From assembly GCA_045598105.1 (NCBI GenBank), contig JAZLLK010000007.1:10981-74980 (forward strand): a stretch of 64,000 bases of DNA, in the 5' to 3' direction. The notes under the pieces were generated by a model. That model had not been told where the DNA came from. It saw only the letters and a program-made list of their open reading frames with translations, and did not search any database. Shown here one piece after another: positions 38,410 to 48,947 of the stretch; position 1 is the stretch's first letter; each line of letters opens with the position of its first letter. This DNA comes from Bacteroidales bacterium (GTDB lineage Bacteria > Bacteroidota > Bacteroidia > Bacteroidales > WCHB1-69). The position numbers were made by a program, and so were the translations under genes.

Positions 38410-39750
38410 TTGAAAAAAAATATTTGTAGGATAGGGGTGGGGTTGTTAATACTTCTATCCGTAGCGGTTTCCTGCAAAAAGGAAAATGGTCAGGTGGGCT
38501 TAAATATACAGCCTGAGGATGAATTGCTTAATACCATTTATTTTGATACGGCAACAGTGGTGGCATATTCTGCCATTCACGATGATAGTATTACTACTAA
38601 TGGTGTGTCGGCTAATATGTTAGGGTATATGAATGATCCTATTTTCGGTTTGGTGCAAGCCGGTTTTTATGCGCAATGTCGTTTGGCTTCATTTGGGGCA
38701 CAGTTTGGTGCGGGAGCCAAGGCGGATTCATTGGTGCTTACTTTGGTGTATAATAAGCCGTATGGTGATACTCTAAGTCCGTTTAGGGTAAGGGTATATG
38801 AATTGCAGGAGGATATGGTATATGGTAAAAAATACTATGCCGGCACCACGTTGTCGCACGGCAGTGAGAATTTGGTAGATGAAAGTCTGCTGTCATGGGT
38901 GTATCTTACGCCTAATGTAAAGGATACCGTGGAAGGAACGGTTATGATGCGTATTCCGCTTAAAGTTTCATTTGCCGACAGTAAGTTTATATCTAAGTCT
39001 AATAGTGCTGAATTTCAGTCAACTTCAGCCTTTCTTGATTATTTTAAAGGCTTGTATGTGGTGGCCGATTATTGTCAGGGTAACGGTAGCATAGCCTCGG
39101 TAGACCTTACAAATGATAACTCTTTGCTTACCTTATATTATCATAATAATGAAAGTACGGGTAAAACATATCGTATGGTTATAAGTGATTCATCGGTAAG
39201 AGTGGGTTATATTAATCACAACGGGTATCAGCAGGCTAATGCCGAGCTTGTATCTCAGTTACAAGGAAATATAACATCGGCAAAGGAGCGTTTGTTTGTG
39301 CAGACAGGTTTGGGAGTAAAAACCATAGTAACTTTTCCTTATATTAAGCAAATGTTTAAGGATAAAAAGGTGATTATACATCGTGCCGAATTGGTAGCTA
39401 CGCGTATAGATGATTCCGATACCAATCGGTACGGCGTGCCGTCTTCGTTGTACCTTAATTATTATGACACGGTAAAGCAATATTTGGTATCGGTACCCGA
39501 TTATGCTATAGGAACTACCTATTTTAATGCCGGGTACAATGCAGCTAAGGGTGAATATCGCTTACGTATTACCAAATATTTGCAATATTGGATAGAGGAT
39601 GAAATTAACAGTAATGAACTTAATTTAATAATTACGGCTGCCGCCACGCATATGAGTCGTATAAGCATATATGGCACCCGGCCTTCCGTAGTGCCTTCCA
39701 AGCGATTGCGATTGGAGGTACATTATTCATTAATACAAGATAAAAAATAA
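38410..39750 (+). CDS. Lipoprotein, probably DUF4270-like
   Basis: TTG start, lipobox AVSC, 446 aa. The family guess rests on its position between the glgA-like gene and glmS and on size; it is not verified. Confidence 0.5.
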   Translation: MKKNICRIGVGLLILLSVAVSCKKENGQVGLNIQPEDELLNTIYFDTATVVAYSAIHDDSITTNGVSANMLGYMNDPIFGLVQAGFYAQCRLASFGAQFGAGAKADSLVLTLVYNKPYGDTLSPFRVRVYELQEDMVYGKKYYAGTTLSHGSENLVDESLLSWVYLTPNVKDTVEGTVMMRIPLKVSFADSKFISKSNSAEFQSTSAFLDYFKGLYVVADYCQGNGSIASVDLTNDNSLLTLYYHNNESTGKTYRMVISDSSVRVGYINHNGYQQANAELVSQLQGNITSAKERLFVQTGLGVKTIVTFPYIKQMFKDKKVIIHRAELVATRIDDSDTNRYGVPSSLYLNYYDTVKQYLVSVPDYAIGTTYFNAGYNAAKGEYRLRITKYLQYWIEDEINSNELNLIITAAATHMSRISIYGTRPSVVPSKRLRLEVHYSLIQDKK

Positions 39751-39756
39751 TACATC

Positions 39757-41598
39757 ATGTGTGGAATAGTAGGTTATGTAGGTAATAAAGAGGCATTCCC
39801 TATACTCATGAAGGGACTGTATCGTATGGAGTATCGCGGATATGATAGTGCCGGCGTGGCATTGGTGCATGCTGACAAGGTAGAGGTTCATAAATGTTGC
39901 GGAAGGGTAAAGGATTTGGAGGATTTTTGTGTAGGTAAAGATGTACAGGGGACTTGTGGTATAGCTCACACCCGATGGGCTACTCATGGGGAACCCAGTA
40001 ATCAAAATGCGCACCCGCATTTTTCTTCCGATAAGCGTATCGCTCTTATACATAACGGGATTATAGAGAACCATTTGGTATTGCGTAATGCTCTTATTAA
40101 GCAAGGGTATGAATTTAACAGTGATACCGATACCGAGGTACTTATACATCTTATAGAAGATATTAATAAAAATGAAAATACTGATTTGCCTGAGGCAGTC
40201 CGCCTGGCTCTTAGTCAGGTGCAAGGCACTTATGCCATTATAGTGGTGTCGTTAGATGATCCTAATACACTTATAGTGGCCCGTAAGGGTAGTCCGGTAA
40301 TAATAGGTTTTGGTAAAGATGAATATTATGTAGCCTCTGACGGCTCAGCGTTGGTAGAATATACCAAAAGAGTGGTATATCTTAATGATGAGGAAATAGC
40401 CGTGCTTACGCCCGGCAATGACCTTATAATTAAAACGGTGAAGAATAAAAAGGTGTCCCACTACATACAGCAGTTGCAAATGAATCTGGATGAGTTGGAA
40501 AAGGGCGGATACGAGCATTTTATGCTTAAGGAAATATATGAGCAGCCCCGTTCCATAGCCGATAGTATGCGAGGCAGGCTGAATGTGGCAAAAGATGTGG
40601 TGTCATTGGGAGGTATAGTGGAATATGAAGACAGGTTGCTTTCGGCCCGCCGTATTATTATAGTGGCCTGTGGCACATCTTATCATGCCGGGCTTGTAGG
40701 CGAGCATTTGTTTGAAGATTTAATAAGGGTGCCTGTAGAAGTGGAGTATGCATCCGAATTCCGATACCGAAATCCTATTATATATGAAGATGATGTGGTG
40801 ATAGCCATATCACAGTCGGGTGAAACAGCCGATACGCTGGCTGCTATAGAGTTGGCCAAAAAGAAAGGTGCTACCGTATTGGGTATATGCAATGTGGTAG
40901 GTTCTTCTATAGCGCGTGCTACTGATGCGGGATCATATACCCATGCCGGTCCTGAAATAGGGGTGGCTTCTACCAAGGCTTTTACCGCTCAGGTAACAGT
41001 GTTGGCATTAATGGCTTTATGCCTGGCTAAGCGTAAAGGTAAAATACCTCAAAAACGTTATAAAAAGCTGGTGGAAGAGCTGGAGGTAATACCCGGTAAG
41101 GTGGAAAGTATACTTAAGAATAATGAATTGGTAAAGCAAATAGCTTTTTATATGAAGGATTTTACCAATGCCTTGTATTTAGGTAGAAATTATAATTACC
41201 CGGTGGCTTTGGAAGGTGCCTTAAAGCTGAAAGAAATATCATACATACATGCCGAGGGGTATCCTGCTGCCGAAATGAAGCATGGCCCTATAGCCCTTAT
41301 AGATGAAGATATGCCTGTGGTAGTAATAGCTACCAATAAGGGTACTTACGAAAAGGTACTCAGCAATATACAGGAGGTAAAAGCCCGCAAGGGTAAAATA
41401 ATATCCATAGTTACTACCGGTGATGAAGATGTGAAGAAAATATCGGACTATGTAATAGAAATACCCGAAACTGAAGAAATGTATGTGCCTATATTGGCCA
41501 GCATACCATTGCAGCTATTAGCTTATCATGTGGCCGTAATGTGCGGAAGAGATGTGGATCGTCCCAGAAATTTGGCTAAATCGGTAACGGTAGAATAA
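39757..41598 (+). CDS. glmS: Glutamine--fructose-6-phosphate aminotransferase (isomerising)
   Basis: N-terminal MCGIVGY (Cys nucleophile), two SIS domains, and the C-terminal KSVTVE are present. Confidence 0.97.
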   Translation: MCGIVGYVGNKEAFPILMKGLYRMEYRGYDSAGVALVHADKVEVHKCCGRVKDLEDFCVGKDVQGTCGIAHTRWATHGEPSNQNAHPHFSSDKRIALIHNGIIENHLVLRNALIKQGYEFNSDTDTEVLIHLIEDINKNENTDLPEAVRLALSQVQGTYAIIVVSLDDPNTLIVARKGSPVIIGFGKDEYYVASDGSALVEYTKRVVYLNDEEIAVLTPGNDLIIKTVKNKKVSHYIQQLQMNLDELEKGGYEHFMLKEIYEQPRSIADSMRGRLNVAKDVVSLGGIVEYEDRLLSARRIIIVACGTSYHAGLVGEHLFEDLIRVPVEVEYASEFRYRNPIIYEDDVVIAISQSGETADTLAAIELAKKKGATVLGICNVVGSSIARATDAGSYTHAGPEIGVASTKAFTAQVTVLALMALCLAKRKGKIPQKRYKKLVEELEVIPGKVESILKNNELVKQIAFYMKDFTNALYLGRNYNYPVALEGALKLKEISYIHAEGYPAAEMKHGPIALIDEDMPVVVIATNKGTYEKVLSNIQEVKARKGKIISIVTTGDEDVKKISDYVIEIPETEEMYVPILASIPLQLLAYHVAVMCGRDVDRPRNLAKSVTVE

Positions 41599-41640
41599 TA
41601 TTAAAGTAAGAGTAATAAAAAATAAAAGCAATAGAAGATA

Positions 41641-42327
41641 ATGAAAAAACAGGATTTATGGGTAATACTAATAGTTTTAGTAGTATTGGCTCCTTTTTTT
41701 GTGTTTAATAGTGTGTATCAAACATATATCAGTTGGAATGCATCCAATCCTTATTTGTTGGCATTTGTAAAGTTTGCCATATTGGGTACTTTTGGTGAAA
41801 TGTTGGCTGCCCGTATTCGCACGGGATATTATTATAATGCTGAATTTGGGGTGTTTCCTAAAATGGTGGTGTGGGGTCTACTGGGTATGTGGATAGCTTT
41901 GGCTATGAAGATATTTTCCATAGGTGTACCCGCCGTAATGGAAAAATTATTTGAAACCGAAGGTTTGTCCATGGCTATGCAAGGAGAATTTTCCTTAATG
42001 AAACTGTCCGGAGCATTTTGTATAAGTGTAATTATGAATACCAGTTTTGCTCCCGTGTTTATGACCTTACATAAAATGTGTGATATGCACATAGCACAGT
42101 ATCATGGAAAAGTAACCTGCCTTACCAAGCCCATACGTATGGCTGAGTTGCTCAGCTCTACCAATTGGTCAGCGCAGTGGAACTTTGTGTTCAAGAAGAC
42201 TATTCCTTTATTTTGGATACCTGCACATACCATCACCTTTATATTGCCGGCATCGTTCCAGGTGTTGTTTGCTGCACTTTTGGGCGTAGCCTTGGGTCTT
42301 ATATTGGCTATAGCTGCCAAAAAATAA
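41641..42327 (+). CDS. Hypothetical polytopic membrane protein
   Basis: 228 aa with about 6 hydrophobic segments. No family was recognised. Confidence 0.5.
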   Translation: MKKQDLWVILIVLVVLAPFFVFNSVYQTYISWNASNPYLLAFVKFAILGTFGEMLAARIRTGYYYNAEFGVFPKMVVWGLLGMWIALAMKIFSIGVPAVMEKLFETEGLSMAMQGEFSLMKLSGAFCISVIMNTSFAPVFMTLHKMCDMHIAQYHGKVTCLTKPIRMAELLSSTNWSAQWNFVFKKTIPLFWIPAHTITFILPASFQVLFAALLGVALGLILAIAAKK

Positions 42328-42351
42328 CCGAAGAATCATGTAATAAATAGA

Positions 42352-42391
42352 AGTGGAGTATCGGTCAATAGGCATACCTCCACTTTTTTTT
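42352..42391 (+). terminator. Rho-independent terminator
   Basis: Stem AGTGGAG (42352-58) pairs with CTCCACT (42378-84), followed by T8. Confidence 0.7.
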
Positions 42392-42423
42392 ACTTTATAA
42401 AGTGCAGTTTGAGTAAAAAATGG

Positions 42424-42431
42424 TACTTTTG
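42424..42431 (+). promoter_or_regulatory. -7 promoter motif (TACTTTTG)
   Basis: 24 nt upstream of ATG 42456. It overlaps the ORF-track start at 42420, which is therefore rejected. Confidence 0.55.
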
Positions 42432-42455
42432 CCAAAATATAAAGCAGAAAACAGA

Positions 42456-43391
42456 ATGAATATGTACCATATAAAATGTATGACTATTGCGGTGGCAACA
42501 ATGACGATGCTATGTGTGCTATCAGCGTGTGGCGGTAGTGCAGAAGGTGAGCTTACTGATCCTATAGCCACCTATTCTATTATAAAAGAGGATACCTCCG
42601 GTGGCATAGATATTATATCTCTATCAGGTAATAACCCTTTGAGGGTGAGAGCTGAAATAGAAAAGTACGCTATTCCGGAAGCTACCTATGAAGCGCAGCG
42701 TAGCGTATTATATGCTATGTTAGATACATTATATAATTATATGCATCACCCTATAGCCGATACCTGCGTGGCCGAGGATCGTAATGCAGTCATAGATTCG
42801 CTTAACTATATGGTGGTACATTATATGAAGCACATGTTGCAGGATAAAAAGAGTGTGGGTGCTCCTTTAAAGCATAAAATGCTTAAAACTGTTTTCACGG
42901 CTGACCGTGCATTGCGTATATATTCATGGAATGAAAATATAGGTTTAGATTATAATACCTATTTGAATGTATATCAATATGCAGACGCTAATCGCTTGTG
43001 GCATGCCTGCCTTAATGAATGTGAGTACAATGCCGCTACATGTGAAATTAAAAGCGGTATGCCGGTGTCGGTGTACAAAATGAGTGGAGCTAAGGATGGA
43101 GAACAGGTGTATTTGCTTAATGTAGAAGGTAATATGAGCAGTCAAGAGTATTATAAAGGTTCCCTTACCTTAAAGTTACAAAACGATAGCTTAATATTTG
43201 ATTACAGTGGCTTTTCCGACAATACACCGGTGTACATGTATGAATATTTGCATGGCGAATCCGTAATGTGCAGTTATAATTACAAAATGCAGCAGCTGGT
43301 GTATAAAATAAAGAATGCTAATGGTGAAACCAATTCCATTATATACGATTATAATCATGATTACAATATATTTGAGCTGAAACAGGATTAA
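42456..43391 (+). CDS. Hypothetical lipoprotein
   Basis: MNMYHIKCMTIAVATMTMLCVLSACGG carries a lipobox. Its stop overlaps the ABC exporter start (TAATG). Confidence 0.5.
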   Translation: MNMYHIKCMTIAVATMTMLCVLSACGGSAEGELTDPIATYSIIKEDTSGGIDIISLSGNNPLRVRAEIEKYAIPEATYEAQRSVLYAMLDTLYNYMHHPIADTCVAEDRNAVIDSLNYMVVHYMKHMLQDKKSVGAPLKHKMLKTVFTADRALRIYSWNENIGLDYNTYLNVYQYADANRLWHACLNECEYNAATCEIKSGMPVSVYKMSGAKDGEQVYLLNVEGNMSSQEYYKGSLTLKLQNDSLIFDYSGFSDNTPVYMYEYLHGESVMCSYNYKMQQLVYKIKNANGETNSIIYDYNHDYNIFELKQD

Positions 43392-45211
43392 TGAAGGATT
43401 ATAAAAAAATAGGTAACATGTTATATCCTTACCGGTTCCGCTTGGCGGGAATATCGGTGGTATATGTGTTGGCGGCCTTTTTTTCGTTGTGCTCGGTAGC
43501 TATATTGGCTCCTTTGTTGTCATTAATATTTAACCAGGTTCAGGCCGGTATGGCTCCGCCTGAGTTGGTTTTTTCCTCCAATGCCTTATTGTTATATGCC
43601 CAATATTATTTGTCGGTAATAATAATGCATTATGGTAAAATGATTGCTTTGCTCACGCTGCTTGGCGTGGTATTTGTATCCTTTTTTTTGAGTAAGGCTT
43701 TGGCATACGCAGCTGTGTGTATACTTATACCTGTTCGTACGGCTATAGTTAAAGCATTCAGACAGAATGCTTATAAAAAAATGCTTTCTTTGCCGGTGTC
43801 GTATTTTTCCAAGCATAAAAAAGGAAATATTATATCGTTGGTTATTAATGATATACAGGAAGTGGATGCTTCCATTTTAGATTCTTTGCAGTCGTTGTTA
43901 CGCTATCCGCTGGAAGTATTGATATATCTTACGGCTTTATTTATAATAAACTATCAGCTAAGTTTGTTAGTATTGGTGTTATTACCTATATCGGGTATGG
44001 TAATAAGCCGTATACAGCGTAGGCTCAAGTCAAAATCAAGGCAGGCCAAGGAATATCAGTCAGAAATGACTACCACTATAGAGGAAGGTATATATGCATT
44101 AAGGGTAATTAAAGCCTTTAATGGCATAGGTAAAATGAGTGAGTATTTTAAGTATATTAATCAAAAATACACTAAAGTATTCATTAAAATAGCCCGCAGA
44201 AGGGATATGTCGTCCCCGTTAGGGGAGTTTTTGGGCATGGTAATAGTAGTATGTATACTATTATATGGCAGCCGTCAGGTGTTGATGAAAAATAGTAGTT
44301 TCACAGCAGAATTATTTATTACATATATCATGCTGTTCATACAGGTAATTAATCCTATGAAGTCGTTGGCAGAGGCGGTGGCCAATATTAAAAAAGGTAT
44401 GGCTTCTATTGACAGGCTTGACGGGCTGTTAGAGAGTGAAGATGCAGTAAAAGCTGCTGATAATGTAGTGAATATTATTGGTTTTCAAGATAAAATAGAA
44501 TTTAAGGATGTTTGCTTTGCTTATCAGGAGGGCAAACCTGTAATAAGGCATTTGAATATGAGCATACGTAAAGGTGAAAAAACAGCCGTATGTGGTATGT
44601 CGGGTGCAGGAAAAACTACTTTGGCAGACCTTTTGTTGCGTATGTATGACATACAGTCGGGCGAAATATTGATAGATGGCGTAAATATTAATGCCATGAG
44701 TTTGGAGAGTTTGTTATCGTTATTTGGCATGGTGTCACAGGATAGTATATTGTTCAATGATACCATATATAATAATATTACCTTAGGATATAATGCTACC
44801 GGGCAGGAGGTGATGCAAGCTGCACATACGGCTAATGTGGATTGTTTTTTGCCACAAATGGAACAAGGTATATATACCAATGTGGGTGATAGAGGAGCCA
44901 AACTCTCGGGCGGGCAAAAGCAGCGTATCAGTATAGCCCGAGCCATATTGCGTAAGCCGCAAGTGCTTATATTAGATGAAGCTACTTCGGCGTTAGATGT
45001 GTATTCGGAGCGTATGGTGCAGCGTGCCATAGATAATATGTTACAGGGGCGTACCAGTATTATTATAGCGCACAGGCTGGCTACCATAGTATCGGCACAG
45101 CATATTATAGTATTAAATGAAGGAAGTGTGGCAGAGGAAGGTACTCATGCGGAGTTAATGGCACAAAATGGTATATATAAACGCATGGTAGATATGCAAT
45201 CTTTTGTATAA
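43391..45211 (+). CDS. ABC exporter, fused permease/ATPase (MsbA-like)
   Basis: Six TM helices at the N-terminus, then Walker A GMSGAGKT, the signature LSGGQKQR and Walker B ILILDEATSALD. Confidence 0.9.
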   Translation: MKDYKKIGNMLYPYRFRLAGISVVYVLAAFFSLCSVAILAPLLSLIFNQVQAGMAPPELVFSSNALLLYAQYYLSVIIMHYGKMIALLTLLGVVFVSFFLSKALAYAAVCILIPVRTAIVKAFRQNAYKKMLSLPVSYFSKHKKGNIISLVINDIQEVDASILDSLQSLLRYPLEVLIYLTALFIINYQLSLLVLVLLPISGMVISRIQRRLKSKSRQAKEYQSEMTTTIEEGIYALRVIKAFNGIGKMSEYFKYINQKYTKVFIKIARRRDMSSPLGEFLGMVIVVCILLYGSRQVLMKNSSFTAELFITYIMLFIQVINPMKSLAEAVANIKKGMASIDRLDGLLESEDAVKAADNVVNIIGFQDKIEFKDVCFAYQEGKPVIRHLNMSIRKGEKTAVCGMSGAGKTTLADLLLRMYDIQSGEILIDGVNINAMSLESLLSLFGMVSQDSILFNDTIYNNITLGYNATGQEVMQAAHTANVDCFLPQMEQGIYTNVGDRGAKLSGGQKQRISIARAILRKPQVLILDEATSALDVYSERMVQRAIDNMLQGRTSIIIAHRLATIVSAQHIIVLNEGSVAEEGTHAELMAQNGIYKRMVDMQSFV

Positions 45212-45385
45212 AGGATGTTAATAAGCCGTAATTTTGTTGAAAACAATAGTAGCTGCTTGTTTGGAATAACATTGTAATAGTTTGATTATTAGTTTGTAAT
45301 ATTGTTCAAGAAAAGTGGTGGTAAAATATTTATTACTTATTGATAAAAAAAATGGTAAAATGCTCTTTATATAAAAAAAAATTCG

Positions 45386-45393
45386 TATCTTTG
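45386..45393 (+). promoter_or_regulatory. -7 promoter motif (TATCTTTG) for buk
   Basis: 63 nt upstream of ATG 45457. Confidence 0.5.
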
Positions 45394-45456
45394 CGAATTG
45401 AAATCAGTCGTAAAGTATGGTTTCAAAAAATTCATTAGCAGTTAAAACATAATAAT

Positions 45457-46563
45457 ATGTCAGAAAATACAACAAACTCAAAAAAATTAACCTTAGCCAT
45501 TAATCCCGGTGCAACATCTACTAAGGTTTCTGTTTATAATGGAGAAACAGAAGTGTTTACGGAGAATGTAAAGCACGCTATTGAGGATATTCAAAAGTTT
45601 AAAGAAGTAGCAGACCAATTTGATTATCGTAAGGATGCCATTATGGAAATACTTAAAAACCATGGTATTTCTAACGATGATTTGGCAATAGTAATAGGTC
45701 GTGGTGGTCTTACCCGTCCTTGTGAATCAGGTGTGTATCGTGTAAACGATATTATGAAACAGGAGTGTCATGAAGGTGTGCAAGGTAAGCACGCCTGTAA
45801 TTTGGGTGCTTTAATAGCCGATAGGATTGCAGGAGAAGTAGGTTTGAAAAATGCTTATATAGCTGATCCCGGCATAGTGGATGAGCGTCCTGATTATGCT
45901 AAAATAACCGGTCATCCTGTATTTGATTTGGATCCTAAGCATGAAGGTGTAATATGGCATTGTTTGAACCAAAAAATGACAGCCAAAATATATGCCAGAG
46001 AAATGGGTAAACGCTATGAAGATATGAATTTGATTATAGCACATCTTGGTGGCGGCGTATCAGTAGGTATGCATGATCATGGCCGTGTAGTGGAAGTAAA
46101 CAGGGCATTGTGCGGTTTGGGTGCTTTTTCACCTACCCGTGCCGGCTCTATTAATGCCAGCAAACTGATTGACGTATGTTTCAGTGGCGAATATACTAAA
46201 GATAAAGTAAAGAAAATGGTTACAGCCGAAGGTGGTTTTGTGGCTTATTTGGGTACCAATGACGCTTACGAAGTAGAGCAAAAGGCTTTGGCAGGTGATG
46301 CCAAGTGTCAATTACTGGTAAATGCATTTTGTTATCAGGTAGCATTGGAAATAAGTCGTTTGGCAGCCGTGGTGAACGGCAAAGTAGATGCCATACTCCT
46401 TACCGGTGGTATAGCTTACAGTAAGCCTTGGATGGCACAAATACAGGAAAAGGTAGAATGGATAGCTCCGGTAAAAGTGTACAAAGGTGAAAATGAAATG
46501 TTGGCTTTAGCCATGTGTGCCAATGAAGTTCTCAATGGAGCCGAACCCAAAGAATATAAATAG
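45457..46563 (+). CDS. buk: Butyrate kinase
   Basis: LAINPGATSTKVSVY and HLGGGVSVG show the ASKHA fold. The 368-aa length is typical of Buk. No phosphotransbutyrylase gene is adjacent. Confidence 0.88.
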   Translation: MSENTTNSKKLTLAINPGATSTKVSVYNGETEVFTENVKHAIEDIQKFKEVADQFDYRKDAIMEILKNHGISNDDLAIVIGRGGLTRPCESGVYRVNDIMKQECHEGVQGKHACNLGALIADRIAGEVGLKNAYIADPGIVDERPDYAKITGHPVFDLDPKHEGVIWHCLNQKMTAKIYAREMGKRYEDMNLIIAHLGGGVSVGMHDHGRVVEVNRALCGLGAFSPTRAGSINASKLIDVCFSGEYTKDKVKKMVTAEGGFVAYLGTNDAYEVEQKALAGDAKCQLLVNAFCYQVALEISRLAAVVNGKVDAILLTGGIAYSKPWMAQIQEKVEWIAPVKVYKGENEMLALAMCANEVLNGAEPKEYK

Positions 46564-46594
46564 CGCTAAGTATAATTATACATGATAATATAAC

Positions 46595-46625
46595 GAGTTC
46601 GGGTGTTTATCTCGAACTCTTTTTT
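46595..46625 (+). terminator. Rho-independent terminator after buk
   Basis: Stem GAGTTCG (46595-601) pairs with CGAACTC (46613-19), followed by T6. Confidence 0.7.
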
Positions 46626-46629
46626 AATA

Positions 46630-47748
46630 ATGAGAACCATACTCATACTTATAAAGAAAGAATTTTTACAAATATTTCGCAATCCGGTATTATGGAAGCT
46701 GGTTACTTTTTTACCCATAGCCGAGTTGCTTATATTCCCTTTTGCTGCCGACATGGAAATAAAGCGGCTGAATGTAGCGGTAATAGACTATGATTGTAGT
46801 ACGTTGTCACGTGATATGGAGCACACATTAAATGCTACCGGGTATTTTCGCACTATAAGCGGGGTACGGTCCATAGCGGAAGGTGATGTGGCCATGAAAC
46901 GAAATAAGGCGGATATTATAATATCAATACCTCCTAATTTTCAAGAAGATATATATTGCGGACAAAAACCTATGTTGGGTATTACCGCCAATGCGGTAAA
47001 CAGTATGAAAGCCGCCATAGGGGTGGCTTATTTGCAGCATTTTATGAATGATTATTTTTCCCGAACCATGCAGGGCGGGGCACGTATGCAGTCTGCCGGT
47101 TATGTGCAGGCTAATATATCGGTATCACGATGGTTCAATCATAAAATGGATTATAAAAACATATTCGTACCCGGTATATTGGCCGTGCTGGTAAGCATGA
47201 TAGGAGCTATGCTCTCCACCTTGAATATAGTAAGGGAAAAGGAGTTGGGTACTATAGAGCAAATTAACCTTACCCCCATTACCAAAATGCAGTTTTTTAT
47301 AGGTAAAATGTTGCCGTTTTGGGTAATAGGTATGCTGGAATTTCTTATAGGATTGGGAATTATGTTTTTTGTATTCGGCATACATATACAAGGTTCATTT
47401 TTTGCCTTGTTGCTTATGACTGCCATATTCCTGTTGGCTATGCTCGGCTTGGGGTTTATGGTGAGCATATTTGCCGAAAATCAGGTACAGTCCATGTTTG
47501 TAATGATATTCTTTTTTATAGTATTTATATTATTAAGCGGATTGTTTACCCCTATAGAAAGTATGCCACAATGGGCACAAATAATGAATTTGGTAAATCC
47601 CATAGCACATTTTATGGAAATATTGCGAAGCATTATACTTAAAGGCAGTTCATTGGTGGATTTGAGGTATTACCTGTTGGGTATGTCTGCTTTTGCCGTA
47701 GTGTCAAATGCCATTACTATAGTATGCTATAAGAATAGGGCTGATTAG
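46630..47748 (+). CDS. ABC-2 type transporter permease (no cognate ATPase in the window)
   Basis: MRTILILIKKEFLQIFRNP resembles the ABC-2 N-terminus, followed by a large periplasmic loop and then 5-6 TM helices. Confidence 0.8.
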   Translation: MRTILILIKKEFLQIFRNPVLWKLVTFLPIAELLIFPFAADMEIKRLNVAVIDYDCSTLSRDMEHTLNATGYFRTISGVRSIAEGDVAMKRNKADIIISIPPNFQEDIYCGQKPMLGITANAVNSMKAAIGVAYLQHFMNDYFSRTMQGGARMQSAGYVQANISVSRWFNHKMDYKNIFVPGILAVLVSMIGAMLSTLNIVREKELGTIEQINLTPITKMQFFIGKMLPFWVIGMLEFLIGLGIMFFVFGIHIQGSFFALLLMTAIFLLAMLGLGFMVSIFAENQVQSMFVMIFFFIVFILLSGLFTPIESMPQWAQIMNLVNPIAHFMEILRSIILKGSSLVDLRYYLLGMSAFAVVSNAITIVCYKNRAD

Positions 47749-47797
47749 TGGTAAAAATTTTAACAGAAAATAAATATATTATATAAAAAATATACAT

Positions 47798-48550
47798 ATG
47801 ATAGCTTATATTACAGGAGCAACCAGCGGATTTGGTAAAGCTATTGCTCAAAAATTAGCACAAATGGGTTATAACATGGTTATAACCGGAAGAAGAAAAG
47901 AACGTTTGGACATTTTGGCCAAAGAACTTACCGATAAGTATAAGGTGAAGGTATTGGTATCATGCTATGATGTACGTGATAATGCTGCCGTGGAGCAGGC
48001 CATTACCTCTTTACCTCAGGAATGGAAAAATATAGATGTATTGGTAAACAATGCCGGTTTAGCCGTGGGCGCCGTAGGAATTCAAAATGGAGAACTTGAT
48101 GATTGGAATCGTATGATAGATACCAATGTAAAGGGTTTATTGTATGTGAGTCATTACATTGCTCCTTTGATGATAGCACGCAATAGTGGTCATATTATCA
48201 ATTTAGGTTCGGTAGCCGGTAAGGAAGTGTATCCTAATGGTAATGTGTATTGTGCTACCAAGCATGCCGTAGATGCCATAAGCAAGGCTATGAGAGTGGA
48301 TATGTTGCCTTACGGCATTAAGGTGAGTCAAATATGCCCCGGCGCTGCCGAAACAGAGTTTTCACTGGTACGCTATAAGGGAGACAGGGATGCTGCCGAT
48401 AAAGTGTACAAGGGTTATCAGCCTTTGGTAGCTGAAGATATAGCTGATGTGGTAGGTTATTTGGTGTCACTTCCTAAGCATGTGTGTATTAATGATTTGG
48501 TTATTACCTGCCTGTCGCAAGCCAATACTACCAATTTTTATAGGAAATAG
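47798..48550 (+). CDS. SDR-family oxidoreductase (YdfG-like NADP-dependent 3-hydroxy acid dehydrogenase)
   Basis: TGATSGFG cofactor motif, NNAG, and the catalytic YCATKHA are present. Confidence 0.88.
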   Translation: MIAYITGATSGFGKAIAQKLAQMGYNMVITGRRKERLDILAKELTDKYKVKVLVSCYDVRDNAAVEQAITSLPQEWKNIDVLVNNAGLAVGAVGIQNGELDDWNRMIDTNVKGLLYVSHYIAPLMIARNSGHIINLGSVAGKEVYPNGNVYCATKHAVDAISKAMRVDMLPYGIKVSQICPGAAETEFSLVRYKGDRDAADKVYKGYQPLVAEDIADVVGYLVSLPKHVCINDLVITCLSQANTTNFYRK

Positions 48551-48573
48551 TATTATAGGAGAGTTAATATAAG

Positions 48574-48610
48574 AATAGGAGGCACGTAAACGGAGCCTCC
48601 TATTCTTTTT
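48574..48610 (+). terminator. Rho-independent terminator
   Basis: A 10-bp stem, AATAGGAGGC pairing with GCCTCCTATT, followed by CTTTTT. Confidence 0.8.
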
Positions 48611-48876
48611 GATATGAAGGCGATAGTGTATGCGTAGAAGATACGCTTATACATTGGCTACATAGTGTAAGCGGTATATACCCGCCACACGTTATAGCAG
48701 CTCTCCTCCAAGGAACATGCTATAAATAATCATGAATGTATGGTAATATTCATAAGAATAAGTTTGTATGTGCAAAGGTGAAATTAAAATCTGTTATATC
48801 AAGCCTATTTCGTGTATTTTTTTTTGTCAGAGACAAAAAAAAACAGTTGTAAGCCTCATGTGATAATAAAAAATAG

Positions 48877-48884
48877 TACTTTTG
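48877..48884 (+). promoter_or_regulatory. -7 promoter motif (TACTTTTG)
   Basis: 63 nt upstream of ATG 48948. Confidence 0.5.
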
Positions 48885-48947
48885 TATTTTGTGTATTACC
48901 TGTAAAAATGGTAAGTAGTAAGGTATCAAATTTTAAAACAAACAATT

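Noticed and set aside
39751-39756. A possible glmS ribozyme upstream of glmS.
   Set aside because: Only 6 nt separate the preceding CDS from the glmS ATG, which leaves no room for a ribozyme. That ribozyme is characteristic of Firmicutes-type loci.
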